A stretch of 64,000 nucleotides of DNA from NCBI GenBank assembly GCA_041650615.1, contig JBAZKU010000001.1, positions 249,216-313,215 of the forward strand. Reading direction: 5' to 3'. This DNA comes from Minisyncoccota bacterium (GTDB lineage Bacteria; Patescibacteriota; Minisyncoccia; Phycocordibacterales; UBA9973). Below are positions 45,704 to 56,330 of this stretch, one piece after another (positions within the stretch are counted from its first letter, which is position 1; every line of letters begins with the position of its first letter). The notes under the pieces are model-generated. The model saw only the letters and a program-made list of their open reading frames with translations. It had not been told where the DNA came from and searched no databases. Made by a program: the position numbers and the translations under genes.

Positions 45704-46471
45704 TTAATTATGTTGATGCCAAATAATATGCTGGCCACTTCTTTCAAAAGAATGATTGTCTTTGTCAGATAAACAAAATCCCGAAATCTCTCCAAAATAT
45801 TTTAATTCATGATCTAAATACATAAGTTTATTTGCATAGCTTCCAATATAGCCGGTATCGTGAGTAATTAGAATAATAGATATGCCATTTTCTTTATTTA
45901 GTTTTTGAACCAATTTGAAAAAAGATTCTCTTGAGTTAGGATCAAGAGCTGTTGACGGCTCATCAAAAATTAAAATTTCTGGATTTGATATTAATGCGCG
46001 AGCCAGTAATACTTTTTGTTGTTGCCCTCCGGAAAGCTCTGAAAGCATTTTATTCTTCAGATTACTAATTCCCAAATCATTTAAAATATTAGCTACTTTT
46101 ATTTGGTCATTTTTTGTGATTCTCTTTGGTAATTTTTTTTGAGATAAAAGTCCAAGTACTACAATCTCATCAACCGTTGCAGGGAAAAGAGCGTTTATTG
46201 TAGAAGATTTTTGAGGCAAATAGCCGATTTTACTCCAATTATTGAATCTTCCTATTTTATTTCCCAAAATATCAATACTTCCAATTGATACCGGGATTAG
46301 ACCTAATATTGCTTTTATTAATGTGGTTTTCCCCGCCCCATTTGGTCCAGCAATGCCGATGAAATCGCCTTTCACTATTTTAAAAGATATATCTTTAAGC
46401 ACTTCATTCTGCCCATACGAGATAGATACATTTTTTGATTCAATTATTGGTTGCATAACTATTCGTTGCAT
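45704..46471 (-). CDS. znuC: Zn/Mn ABC transporter ATPase
   Basis: GPNGAGKT, LSGGQQQK, DEP, ITHD. Confidence 0.93.
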   Translation of the reverse strand: MQRIVMQPIIESKNVSISYGQNEVLKDISFKIVKGDFIGIAGPNGAGKTTLIKAILGLIPVSIGSIDILGNKIGRFNNWSKIGYLPQKSSTINALFPATVDEIVVLGLLSQKKLPKRITKNDQIKVANILNDLGISNLKNKMLSELSGGQQQKVLLARALISNPEILIFDEPSTALDPNSRESFFKLVQKLNKENGISIILITHDTGYIGSYANKLMYLDHELKYFGEISGFCLSDKDNHSFERSGQHIIWHQHN

Positions 46472-47442
46472 TCAAGCCCTGTTTTTAGATTAGCTAAATT
46501 TTCTTTCATAATTGAAAGGAAAGAAATATTCTTTTCGTAATCTTCTTTTGTCAAATTATGGGCTGCGTTTAGTAGAAGCATTTTGGCCTCTGTTTCATTT
46601 GCTAATGTTTCAGCGATCTTTGGAGTTGTTAATTCCTCATAGAACACATATTTAATGTTACTCTTTTTTATTTGATCCACCAAATCAATGAGGTCTTTGG
46701 CCGTTGGTTCGGCATCGGGCGAAAATCCTTGGGCAGATACATATTCCAAACCATATCTTTTTGCCAAATAGCCAAAAGCGTAATGACCGCCGTAAATAAT
46801 TGTTTTCGATTTACAGACAGATAGAGTATTTTTATACGTATCGTCTAATTCAGTGAGCTTAATCTGGTATGATTCCAAATTATTTTGATAATACTCGGCA
46901 TTTTGGGGGTCAATTTCGACAAGCGCTTTAGTGATGTTTTCAGCCATTATTTTGGCATTATTAAAATCAAGCCAAATATGCGGATCAACTCCGCCGTGGT
47001 GGTGTGCTTCTTCTGATTCATGATGGTCAGCCTCTTCGTGCTCATGTTCTTCCTCATGTTTATAATCTCCTTCCTCCATCATTTCAATACCGGTACTGGC
47101 GTCAACAACTTTTACTTTTTTGTCAACACTTTCAATAATATCATGCGCCCACGGCTCCATAAATTCGCCAGTATATATAAAAATTTGGGTGCTGTTGATT
47201 TTGACTATATCACTTGGTTTGGGCTCATAGGCGTGCGCCTCGACTCCGGGCGGAAGAAGAAGAGTGACATTAACATTGTCTCCTCCAATTTCTTTAGCAA
47301 AGTCATACAAAGGATAAAGTGTTGAAACAATAGATATTTTATTTTCTTTTATCTGACCATCTTTTTTAAAACTTAAACCAAAAAAAACAGCACCTATAAC
47401 TACAACTAAAATAATAACTGGAATAATAATATTTTTTTTCAT
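46459..47442 (-). CDS. znuA: Zn ABC transporter substrate-binding protein
   Basis: EAHAYEP, His/Glu-rich loop, DPHIW, HYAFGY. Confidence 0.93.
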   Translation of the reverse strand: MKKNIIIPVIILVVVIGAVFFGLSFKKDGQIKENKISIVSTLYPLYDFAKEIGGDNVNVTLLLPPGVEAHAYEPKPSDIVKINSTQIFIYTGEFMEPWAHDIIESVDKKVKVVDASTGIEMMEEGDYKHEEEHEHEEADHHESEEAHHHGGVDPHIWLDFNNAKIMAENITKALVEIDPQNAEYYQNNLESYQIKLTELDDTYKNTLSVCKSKTIIYGGHYAFGYLAKRYGLEYVSAQGFSPDAEPTAKDLIDLVDQIKKSNIKYVFYEELTTPKIAETLANETEAKMLLLNAAHNLTKEDYEKNISFLSIMKENLANLKTGLECNE

Positions 47443-47516
47443 ATTTCTTATTTATTAATTTACTTGATAATTGACCTTTATAGTTGTTAATGATTTGCAT
47501 TTACGATTATATATCA

Positions 47517-47533
47517 TGCAAGTTATAATTGCA
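47517..47533. promoter_or_regulatory. Candidate Zur/Fur operator
   Basis: TGCAA-N7-TTGCA between the divergent znuA and Fur-family genes. Confidence 0.3.
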
Positions 47534-47566
47534 AATAGTTAACATTTAGTATAATATATAGATATT

Positions 47567-47998
47567 GTGATAAAGGATTTTAATAATATTCTCAAAGAAA
47601 AAGGTTTTAAGGTAACTCGAACTCGCCTGGATATTCTTGGTATTTTTTCAAATGATTGCAAGCCGATAAACGCTGAATATATTTATAAGATACTTAAGAA
47701 TAAAAAGATAAATTTAGTCACTGTTTACAGGACCCTTCTCTCTTTTGAAAAAGCAGGCATTCTTAAAAGGGTTGATTTGCATCAGGAATCAGTTTTTTAT
47801 GAACTTATAGGAGATCATCACCACCATCATATTATTTGCCTGCAATGTAAAAAAGTTTCTAATTTTAATGGGTATAAAGCAGATTCGGATTCTCTTATAT
47901 CAAAAGCCTTAAAACAAAATAAAGATTTTGATTTTATCTCTCACCACTCTTTTGATTTATTTGGTTTGTGTAAAAAATGTTCATCTATGATGAAATAA
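47567..47998 (+). CDS. Fur-family regulator, probably Zur
   Basis: TRTR, LVTVYRTL, HHHHHIICLQC, GLCKKC; divergent from znuABC. Confidence 0.9.
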   Translation: MIKDFNNILKEKGFKVTRTRLDILGIFSNDCKPINAEYIYKILKNKKINLVTVYRTLLSFEKAGILKRVDLHQESVFYELIGDHHHHHIICLQCKKVSNFNGYKADSDSLISKALKQNKDFDFISHHSFDLFGLCKKCSSMMK

Positions 47999-48026
47999 AA
48001 AAGTAATTCAGGAAAATATATAAATT

Positions 48027-48992
48027 ATGAGCATATTTTATCCAATACAATTACTGTCAGATTGGCTTACATATTCTATTTTTGCCGTTGCACCTAAAAC
48101 TCTCTTGGCAGAAACGGTTGGTTTTTTTATTTATGACACCATAAAAATATTTATTCTTTTAGCTATTATTATCTTCGCGGTATCAATAGTCCGTTCATAT
48201 TTGCCACCGGAGAAAATAAGAGCAATACTCTCACATAAAAATAAATATGTTGGCAATGTTTTAGCTTCACTTCTTGGAATAATTACTCCCTTCTGTTCGT
48301 GTTCTGCTATCCCATTATTTTTAGGTTTTATTCAAACTGGCGTTCCATTAGGAACTACTTTTTCTTTTCTTATAGCTTCGCCGATGATAAATGAAGTGGC
48401 GCTTGTTTTACTCTTAGGAATGTTCGGTTGGAAAATTGCCCTAATCTACATAATAAGCGGACTGATTATTTCTATATTATCGGGAATAATCATCAGTAAA
48501 ATGAAAGTGGAAAAATTAGTTGAGTCATTTGTTTATCAAAATATTATAAATGGAAATATTGATTTGCCGACAATGACTAAAAAAGAAAGAATTGTTTATG
48601 CAAAAGATTACACTCTAGATATTTTCAGGAAAGTTTGGATTTATGTCTTGATTGGTGTTGGAATCGGAGCCTGGATACACGGATATATCCCTACTGATTT
48701 TCTAGCGCAATATGCGGGGAGCGATAAATGGTATGCTGTGCCTTTAGCTGTGCTTATTGGCATTCCTCTTTACTCTAATGCTGCTGGGATTATTCCTCTT
48801 GTTTCCGCCTTAACTGAAAAAGGAGTAGCAATGGGTACTACATTAGCATTTATGATGGCAGTCACTGCCTTATCTCTGCCAGAGTTTATGATTTTAAAAA
48901 GGGTAATGAAAATCAGATTAATTTTGATTTTCGCTGGAATTGTAACTTTAGGTATTGTTTTTACGGGATATTTATTTAATGCAGTAATATAA
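48027..48992 (+). CDS. Permease, DUF318/ArsP family
   Basis: TPFCSCS, ASPMINE, GIPLYSN, ALSLPE. Confidence 0.9.
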   Translation: MSIFYPIQLLSDWLTYSIFAVAPKTLLAETVGFFIYDTIKIFILLAIIIFAVSIVRSYLPPEKIRAILSHKNKYVGNVLASLLGIITPFCSCSAIPLFLGFIQTGVPLGTTFSFLIASPMINEVALVLLLGMFGWKIALIYIISGLIISILSGIIISKMKVEKLVESFVYQNIINGNIDLPTMTKKERIVYAKDYTLDIFRKVWIYVLIGVGIGAWIHGYIPTDFLAQYAGSDKWYAVPLAVLIGIPLYSNAAGIIPLVSALTEKGVAMGTTLAFMMAVTALSLPEFMILKRVMKIRLILIFAGIVTLGIVFTGYLFNAVI

Positions 48993-49084
48993 AAATTTTT
49001 TGAGTTAAAAATAAAAAATCACCTGAACGGGCGATTTTTTATTGATGCATTTTATTTAAAGCCGAATTGTTGATTAGCTGTTAA

Positions 49085-49483
49085 TTATTTCATCAACTTT
49101 TGCAACTCTTCTGCATACTTTTGAGCGATTGCTTGAGCGCGTGTAGGATCTTTACTTAATGCTTCACCATAAGCGGTTATGTTCTCTTCAGTTATGCCAT
49201 ATTTCTCGTACAAATTCTGCATAGTTGATGCGTAAGAAGCCGGATCCTTTTGTGCTTGATAAGCGGCCTGAGCGATCAATTCTACATAAATGTCGTCAGT
49301 CATTTTACCAATATCTCCACTCCCTGTTTGTTCACTAGTTTGTCCCTCAGCTCCAGGCTGTGACGTTTCTCCGGTCAATGGAGTAGAGACAGGAGCTGTT
49401 CCAACCCCTTTCCATAAATACCAGCCAGCAATCAAAACAATAATGATTACTATAACTGTGATTAAAGATTTTTTTGAGCTCAT
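49085..49483 (-). CDS. Hypothetical membrane-anchored protein
   Basis: N-terminal TM, low-complexity linker, helical domain. Confidence 0.7.
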   Translation of the reverse strand: MSSKKSLITVIVIIIVLIAGWYLWKGVGTAPVSTPLTGETSQPGAEGQTSEQTGSGDIGKMTDDIYVELIAQAAYQAQKDPASYASTMQNLYEKYGITEENITAYGEALSKDPTRAQAIAQKYAEELQKLMK

Positions 49484-49684
49484 AATTTAAATTATTGATT
49501 ATTTTAGTTAATAAATTATTTCGACCTTTTTATATTATAACACAAAATTTCATCAGTATGAGCTATCCCCTACTTCAAAAAGTGCAAAAGATGCACTATC
49601 CCCTAAAGAAGAGGAGGTATTTTACTTTTTTTCCTGAAACATGGTAAAATTAGAGAATTATAAGCTCAATTTAAACTAATAAAT

Positions 49685-50824
49685 ATGAATAAAAAAATAT
49701 TTTTGGGTGTTTTGGCGACAATTTTAATAATCGCACCGTTTTCTTCTTTCGGTGCCACATTTAAAGCGGAAGAGAGTCTTTTTCTAGACCCAACAACAAA
49801 GATAAATGGCAACCTTTATGCTGCTAGTTCTAATGTAAATATTTCCGGTCCAGTTGGTGGCGACTTATTTGCTGCTGGGGGGACGGTAATGATCTCTGGC
49901 CCAGTTAGCGGAGACTTGCTCTCTGCAGGAGGAACACTTATTCTAAATGGAAAAATCTTAGGTGATATGAGAGTTCTGGGTGGCAATGTTACTATTTCAA
50001 ATTCCGTAGATGGAGAATTGATTGCCTTAGGTGGACAATTGAGCGTATTTAATGGCGTTTTGATAGCTAAGGATGCAGAACTTCTCGGGGGTAATATAAA
50101 TTATAGCGGTGAAACTGGAGGAAACTTGGATGTAAAGGGGGAAACAGTTTATATAAACGGTGTAATAAAAGACAACCTTACAATCAAAGCGCGTGAAATA
50201 AAACTTGGTCCAAATGCATCAATCGGCAAAAATTTTGAATATTATTCTCCTAAAGAGGCAGTAGTGGAAACCGGCGCGACAGTAAAAGGAGAAACAAGCT
50301 TCCATCAAGTTGACATGCCAAGCAAAAACAAAAATGCTGAGAGGGTATTTCTCGGATTTATAACTACGGTTCTTCTCTTAAAATTATTGACGATTATCGC
50401 TATAACCTTGCTCGCATTTTATCTATGCAAAAAGCAAGCGAGTTCAATTGTTGGAGAAGTAATGACTAATTTCTGGAGAGAAACAGGCAGGGGCTTTATT
50501 TTGCTCGTAGTTGTACCAATAGCATCTATTTTGAGCTTTATAACAATACTTGGTGCACCACTTGGATTTATAGCGATGCTTTTGTATGTGGCACTTATTA
50601 TTGCTTCAATATTTATTACGGTGCTTGTCTTCGCTAAACTTGTTGTAAAATATATCTTTAGACGAGCAAGTTATGAGCTTAATTGGTGGGTAATTGTCCT
50701 GTCTGCTTTAGTACTCGCAGTTATTTCCATTATTCCAGTAATTGGCTTTATTTTTACTTTTATTCTCTTCTTATCAGCCTTCGGCAGTTTGACAAATTAT
50801 GTCTATAAAAAATTGAAGGAATAA
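49685..50824 (+). CDS. Bactofilin-like beta-helix repeat protein with C-terminal TMs
   Basis: Repeats of the form GDLFAAGGTVMISGPV; about five TMs. Confidence 0.8.
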   Translation: MNKKIFLGVLATILIIAPFSSFGATFKAEESLFLDPTTKINGNLYAASSNVNISGPVGGDLFAAGGTVMISGPVSGDLLSAGGTLILNGKILGDMRVLGGNVTISNSVDGELIALGGQLSVFNGVLIAKDAELLGGNINYSGETGGNLDVKGETVYINGVIKDNLTIKAREIKLGPNASIGKNFEYYSPKEAVVETGATVKGETSFHQVDMPSKNKNAERVFLGFITTVLLLKLLTIIAITLLAFYLCKKQASSIVGEVMTNFWRETGRGFILLVVVPIASILSFITILGAPLGFIAMLLYVALIIASIFITVLVFAKLVVKYIFRRASYELNWWVIVLSALVLAVISIIPVIGFIFTFILFLSAFGSLTNYVYKKLKE

Positions 50825-50868
50825 GAAAATTTCTGTAAGAAATAAAAAACTATATTGGAAAAATAAAA

Positions 50869-50945
50869 TGGTGGACCCTACAGGACTCGAACCTGCCACC
50901 TCCTCATTGCAAATGAGGCGCTCTAGCCAGATGAGCTAAGGGCCC
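50869..50945 (-). tRNA. tRNA-Ala(TGC)
   Basis: GGGCCCT...CCTCA-TTTGCAA-TGAGG...GGTTCGAGTCC...CCA; G3-U70 pair. Confidence 0.96.
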
Positions 50946-51043
50946 AATATTTATACAGACCTTATTCTATCTTATTTTTCTAATAATGCAAATTTAGCCA
51001 ATAATATTTGTATTTTTTTATGTTTCAGTTATTATTTTTATAA

Positions 51044-51114
51044 GGGCCTGTAGTATAGTAGTAACACGCGTCCATGGCATGGACGAATCGGGGGTGCGAT
51101 TCCCCCCAGGTCCA
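51044..51114 (+). tRNA. tRNA-Ala(GGC)
   Basis: CGTCC-ATGGCAT-GGACG anticodon arm, G3-U70 pair, variant T-loop TGCGATT; CCA not encoded. Confidence 0.88.
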
Positions 51115-51198
51115 CATTAAAGGGCCTATATCAAAATCCGATATAGACCCTGCGTTCGGACGAAATGAAATTTTCATATTTCATTTCGCTCCTCACTT

Positions 51199-51269
51199 GG
51201 GCCTATAGTAAAGTGGTATTACGCGGCATTCGCATTGCCGAGGCGCGAGTTCGATTCTCGCTAGGTCCA
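51199..51269 (+). tRNA. tRNA-Ala(CGC)
   Basis: CGGCA-TTCGCAT-TGCCG anticodon arm, GTTCGATTC, G3-U70 pair. Confidence 0.92.
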
Positions 51270-51311
51270 CATTAGACGATTTCTAACTTTATCTAAAATT
51301 GACCACCAAAA

Positions 51312-51339
51312 CAAAAACCCGCCTTACGGCGGGTTTTTG
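51312..51339 (+). terminator. Intrinsic terminator after the tRNAs
   Basis: CAAAAACCCGCC-TTAC-GGCGGGTTTTTG. Confidence 0.7.
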
Positions 51340-51415
51340 GGCACTTATGTTGTTTACGATAAATGTGAATCTTACCTCACACTCACAAAACGAGTATAGC
51401 ATACCTCAAATAAAA

Positions 51416-51498
51416 AAGCAAGCCCCCACGCCCTTTTTTATGACGTGCCTTTGGCACATTGTATTCAATATCATAAAAATAGGTGTGGGGGCTTGCTT
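51416..51498. repeat. Long inverted-repeat element upstream of rnpB
   Basis: AAGCAAGCCCCCACGCC...GGTGTGGGGGCTTGCTT. Confidence 0.65.
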
Positions 51499-51538
51499 GT
51501 TATATTTACTTTTCTGGCCATTTGTTCTATACTCCAGG

Positions 51539-51844
51539 TTGGTCCTGTATTGGATAGTTGCGTCTCGCCTTGGCGGGATGAGGAAAGTCCGAACACATAG
51601 TTTCGACTCAGGTCGAGACAAACGTAGCGGGTAACACCCGTCAGGAGCAATCCTAGGGTTGAGAACAGTGACGAACCGATTAAGTTCGGGTGAAACGGCA
51701 AAATACCTACGCGTGTGCAAGATCGTGCTCCGACCTCGGTTGGAGAGAATCGCTTGAGCCTGAAAGTGATTGAAGGCCTAGATAAATAACTATCAATCTG
51801 ACTTCGGTCAGATTACAGAATTCGGCTTATAGATACAAGACCAA
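51539..51844 (+). ncRNA. rnpB: RNase P RNA
   Basis: GAGGAAAGTCCGAACAC and ACAGAATTCGGCTTAT conserved regions; terminal P1 helix TTGGTCCTGTAT/ATACAAGACCAA. Confidence 0.95.
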
Positions 51845-51850
51845 GAATAT

Positions 51851-51886
51851 GAAAAATCCTCTCGCAAGAGAGGATTTTTCTTTTTT
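51851..51886. terminator. Bidirectional terminator between rnpB and the RNR gene
   Basis: GAAAAATCCTCTC-GCAA-GAGAGGATTTTTC. Confidence 0.75.
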
Positions 51887-51890
51887 AAAT

Positions 51891-54263
51891 CTATTGTATA
51901 TCAGAAGGTTCTTCGGTTTTTTCTTTTTTAGCTTCTTCTGCCAAAATATCATCAATGGAACAAACTCCGGAAACACAAGCATATTCTTTTGCTCCAACAG
52001 TGTTATCCTCCTGTTCGTAATAAACGAGTTTGGAAAAATCAATATGTTTTATTTCATTAATTCTTTTTTCATACTCTTCTTTTGAAATTTCTTCATAAGG
52101 GGCAAGTTGATAAACATGTTCGGAGCGAGGCAAGAAAGAAAGTCCGCCGATAATATCCCAATTTTCATAAATAAAGTTTGCAACTTCAATCCATTCATCA
52201 TTGCCCACATAAATAGTTACAGAAGGATTGTGTTCAATATAATTAATTTTTAATTTCTTCCACTCATTCAGTAAATCAATAGCAGAAACTTGATCGCGAG
52301 TCACAGCTCCTTCAGGCGCTTTTATCGGAAACTCAACTACCGCGACAGTAGAATTGGCGGTAGAATATCCGACTTCCGCTTTAAAAGGAACTCCTTGATC
52401 TTTAATCAATTGATAGAGCGGATCATTTGTGGAAATACGAACCCGGCGAATATAATATTTGGCATACCAAGGATGCATACCTGAACCAACATAAAGAAGC
52501 TGACCGGAGTTGCCATGAGGTTTAATCGTAGTGATGCAAGAGGAATGATTAATACCAAACTTTTTGGCATATTCCTTATTTACTTTAATAGATTCTTCGC
52601 GGAGCTCGGACAAAACTTCATCTTTCCTGATTACTTTATTGTCATAATATCCGGTAATAGAAACGCCGAGCAATGCTTCATCCTCGCAATTTTCTTGCCA
52701 CTCTTTTGATAAATAACCGAAATGAGTCAGAGTTGCTTGATAAGTTCCCAATATTGTGGAAAGTCTGACTTTTCTTTTTAAATCTTCTACTGTGTCTTTC
52801 GGGCGAACCACTATGGAAGTAAGATTGCAAAATTGTTTGGAACGAAGAGTAATTTCTCCGCAAGGGTTTGAGCCCGGCAATCCGACAATGACATTTTGGT
52901 CATCTATAATTCCGGCTTTTTTCCAATTATCAATTCGGCGTTTTGGCAACTGAGTCATCAATCCACCCCTATTAAATATGCCTCTTTCCCCTGTCCCTGA
53001 TTTTATTAATTCTATCCATTCGTTTAAAAATTCCGACGCGGATGGCTTCTGGCTGTATACAGCAGAGTTATTGGCCATTGAACGCTGTCCGTTATCAATC
53101 CAAAACTGTCCTTGTTTTGATTTGCGCATAGATTCATCATCAATATCAGATAGAGAGATAAGGGCGCTGCGACGAACACCTCCGGCCACAACAATAAGGC
53201 CAATTTGGCAAATTATATCGTGAAGGTCTAAATTGGTAAGACGCTTCGCTTGCCTTGCCAATATTTTTTTCTTAGCAAAATTAATCAAATCAATAAGAGG
53301 TTGGGGTCCGGAAGCGCGACCACCGGCAGTTTTTAAGCGAGCTCCTGATGGACGTATTTTGCTGTAATCAAAATCTATATCATAACCATCAGTCCAAGTT
53401 TTACAGGCCAGGACAAATGCATCTGCCCATCCTTCTTTGCTATCTTCTACAACATGAGTGGCAAGTTTTTTCCCTGTTTGTCTTCTGATTTGCGGAAATT
53501 TTTGTACAGTTTCCGATTCAACAGAAAAACCTAAACCTGCTCCAGACATTAATATGAACATTATCTCGCCCAAATCTTGCCAACATGAAGGCGCGACATA
53601 AGAACAATTGTAAGCCCACACATTTGATTTTTTACACGCTTCTCCGGCAGACCAAAGCAATCTCATCGATGGACAAACTTCTTGTTTCAAAATTGCTTCT
53701 CTTACTTCAGAATAATCTTTTGAAGACAATTTACTGCCAAGATTTTCTTTCATATAAGCCATGAAGCGATCAATCGTTTCTACCCATGTCTCGCGTCGGC
53801 CTAAATTATCCTGCCATTTTGAATATGTTCGATAAAAAATAAATTCTTCATAAGAACTTATAAAATAGGAACTGGATTCGTCAAAAATTTTCGAGACTTC
53901 AGCAGGTATCGTGCCTACTTCGCGCCTAAGCTCCGCTCTTTTTGACCTATATAAAATATAGGATTTCGCCGTTTGGTGATATCCCTCATCCATCAGCTCG
54001 GCTTCTACTAGGTCTTGGATCATTTCTACAGTCGGAATAAATTTTTTTTCATTGCTTTTTGCCTTAATTTGAAGCAATCGATTAAAAACTTTCTTGGCTA
54101 TATCCTTGGCTTCTTTTTCTCCTCCTTCATTTGTCGCTCCGAAGGCTTTAATAACAGCGTAAACAATTTTATTTAAATTAAATTTAATAATTTCCCCTTC
54201 GCGGTTTCTGATACTCTTTATTTTGCTAACTTCTTTCTTGTTTAAAATATCATCCTCTTTCAT
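51891..54263 (-). CDS. nrdJ: Class II (adenosylcobalamin) ribonucleotide reductase with ATP-cone
   Basis: RRETWVET, YNCSY, GGVRRSA, NPCGEI, TTIKP, C-terminal CVSGVC. Confidence 0.92.
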   Translation of the reverse strand: MKEDDILNKKEVSKIKSIRNREGEIIKFNLNKIVYAVIKAFGATNEGGEKEAKDIAKKVFNRLLQIKAKSNEKKFIPTVEMIQDLVEAELMDEGYHQTAKSYILYRSKRAELRREVGTIPAEVSKIFDESSSYFISSYEEFIFYRTYSKWQDNLGRRETWVETIDRFMAYMKENLGSKLSSKDYSEVREAILKQEVCPSMRLLWSAGEACKKSNVWAYNCSYVAPSCWQDLGEIMFILMSGAGLGFSVESETVQKFPQIRRQTGKKLATHVVEDSKEGWADAFVLACKTWTDGYDIDFDYSKIRPSGARLKTAGGRASGPQPLIDLINFAKKKILARQAKRLTNLDLHDIICQIGLIVVAGGVRRSALISLSDIDDESMRKSKQGQFWIDNGQRSMANNSAVYSQKPSASEFLNEWIELIKSGTGERGIFNRGGLMTQLPKRRIDNWKKAGIIDDQNVIVGLPGSNPCGEITLRSKQFCNLTSIVVRPKDTVEDLKRKVRLSTILGTYQATLTHFGYLSKEWQENCEDEALLGVSITGYYDNKVIRKDEVLSELREESIKVNKEYAKKFGINHSSCITTIKPHGNSGQLLYVGSGMHPWYAKYYIRRVRISTNDPLYQLIKDQGVPFKAEVGYSTANSTVAVVEFPIKAPEGAVTRDQVSAIDLLNEWKKLKINYIEHNPSVTIYVGNDEWIEVANFIYENWDIIGGLSFLPRSEHVYQLAPYEEISKEEYEKRINEIKHIDFSKLVYYEQEDNTVGAKEYACVSGVCSIDDILAEEAKKEKTEEPSDIQ

Positions 54264-54383
54264 AAGAAAGATTATACTTCTAAAAAATAATTTTCGCGAG
54301 TGAAAATCAAGAAAAAAACAATAAAGGAAACAATTTAAAATAGCTGTAAATAGCTACCTCTTTAAAAGCTGAAATAGCAAGCC

Positions 54384-54869
54384 CTAGGAAGACAAAAATT
54401 CCACCTTGTCCCCCTCTTTCAAATTATTCTTTTCCGAAAATTGAGATAAAACCTCTAAAACATATTTCGCATCCCGGTCAGGGGCAAAAGCTTCCGGATA
54501 TGACTCCGGTCTTGCATCTTTTTTTATATAAACCACCCGTAAGTCCTCTCCAATCCAAATAATATCTATGGAAAAATTCATATCTTTCATCCAAAAAGAA
54601 TATTTGCCTGTATAGTTAAAAACGAAAAGCATTCCTTCGTCTTCTTTCAAAGTGTTCCTGCCAGAAAGTCCTTTTGCTTGTATTTCGGAAGTCAAAGCTA
54701 AATCAATTTTCAAGGTTTTGCCGGCAATTTTTATGTAATTGATTTCACTAATTTGCCTCGCTTGTTGAACTGGTTGTACGGAATTTTTTTTATTGCTTCT
54801 GCTAATTCCCAAAATAATTAAAAATATAATTATCAAGAGTAGAAAATATTTTTTTTTGGAATTTTGCAT
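54384..54869 (-). CDS. DUF192 family protein
   Basis: GLSGR...GMLFVF...FWMKDMNFSIDIIW...YVLEV; start likely ATG 54869. Confidence 0.9.
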   Translation of the reverse strand: MQNSKKKYFLLLIIIFLIILGISRSNKKNSVQPVQQARQISEINYIKIAGKTLKIDLALTSEIQAKGLSGRNTLKEDEGMLFVFNYTGKYSFWMKDMNFSIDIIWIGEDLRVVYIKKDARPESYPEAFAPDRDAKYVLEVLSQFSEKNNLKEGDKVEFLSS

Positions 54870-54897
54870 AAAATAAAATATTATTTCCAGAAAAAAA

Positions 54898-56292
54898 TTA
54901 TTTATGATCTCCGTTGGTCCAACCAAAAAGTTTTCCGATATTTTCTGCAGTCTCACGTTTGCGAGCAATTTTTATTTCTCCGTCTTGCGCAATAATTTTT
55001 GCCGGAAGAGAAAGTAAGCAATGATGGGAAGCCAAACCATCTTGACACCATCCAGTATCAAAAATTGTGATGTATTGATCTTCCCCATTTATTTTTGGTA
55101 GAAGAATATAATCTCCTCCTGCGGTATATTTATCATCGGAATCACAAGTACTTCCCGCCAACCAAACTCTTTTCAACGGACTCACCATATTATTTACCGG
55201 AACAACATGCCATTTTTGATGTACTGCCCAAGTATCTTTGAGATCATTCATAAAACTGCCGTCAATAACATACCAAGCTCTGGCATTCGCTTTTTCAATA
55301 TATTTTTTAGAAATAATTTTATAGATTGTTATTTGCGCCGGAGCGACTATATACTGACCCCACTCAATGGCAAGATTGGGGTGCTTGATTCCCGCTTTAT
55401 CCGATAAATTTTTCAGAATCTTAATTATTTTACTGGAAACGGCTTTGGCTGTATAAAATTTCTTTTTTTCATAAGGAATACCAAATCCACCGCCAATATC
55501 CAAGGTATCCAAATTTGGGTGTATTTTTTGTAATGCAACATAAATACTGAAGGCGTATTTTATTCCTTCCAAGATGCTTTTTCGCGTTTTTATCTGCGAA
55601 CCTAGATGATAATGCATTATTTTTAAATTTTTCATTTTAGTTAAAGAAAATAACTCTTTTTCCGAAAGACCAAAACGGTCAAATTTTTTGTCCCAATGAG
55701 TATCGGCTTTAATAGCTAAATCTACTCGTACCCCTATATCACCCTTGTATTTTAAGAGTCTTTCTATTTCCTCCGGCCCTTCTATTATCGGAACTATATT
55801 CATTCCCTTGGTTCGTAATTCTTCTATTAAATCCAAGTACTGTTCGGTTTTTGGACCGTTACAAAGAATACATATTTTATTATTAAATTTTTCCCCTTCC
55901 CAGAGTTTTTTTACAATCCAAAGTTCATTGGAAGACGTTACTTCCAAATTAGCTCCCTCGGAAAGAAGCGGTAAAATAAAATCTTTATTTTGGTTTACCT
56001 TCATTGGATAGTGATAAAAGAATTTACCTTTATAGCCGTAAATCTTCATATACGCCTGAAAGTAGCCAATGAGGTCTTTCAATCTATCTTCAAGCATGAA
56101 AGGAAAAACTACTTGAAGAGGCGTTCCATATTTTTGAGCAAGATTATGAATATTATAAATATGGTTACCTTCTGTAACCGTCAGATTGCCATCTTTACTC
56201 ATGCCAAAAAATTGAGTATTCCATTCTTCCACTCCGAGCTTCCAAAATTTTTTCCAATTTTTCTCCTGCTTTTTATTTTTTTTCTTGGCCAT
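54898..56292 (-). CDS. Arginine decarboxylase-like fold III PLP enzyme
   Basis: YPMKVNQ, CNGPK, HYHLGSQ, DIGGG, TCDSD. Confidence 0.85.
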   Translation of the reverse strand: MAKKKNKKQEKNWKKFWKLGVEEWNTQFFGMSKDGNLTVTEGNHIYNIHNLAQKYGTPLQVVFPFMLEDRLKDLIGYFQAYMKIYGYKGKFFYHYPMKVNQNKDFILPLLSEGANLEVTSSNELWIVKKLWEGEKFNNKICILCNGPKTEQYLDLIEELRTKGMNIVPIIEGPEEIERLLKYKGDIGVRVDLAIKADTHWDKKFDRFGLSEKELFSLTKMKNLKIMHYHLGSQIKTRKSILEGIKYAFSIYVALQKIHPNLDTLDIGGGFGIPYEKKKFYTAKAVSSKIIKILKNLSDKAGIKHPNLAIEWGQYIVAPAQITIYKIISKKYIEKANARAWYVIDGSFMNDLKDTWAVHQKWHVVPVNNMVSPLKRVWLAGSTCDSDDKYTAGGDYILLPKINGEDQYITIFDTGWCQDGLASHHCLLSLPAKIIAQDGEIKIARKRETAENIGKLFGWTNGDHK

Positions 56293-56330
56293 TAAATTAA
56301 AAGTTAGTCAAAAAATAGTATATCAAGTAC

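Noticed and set aside
51299-51720. ORFs at 51299, 51406 and 51471
   Set aside because: They overlap RNase P RNA and an inverted repeat; no protein features
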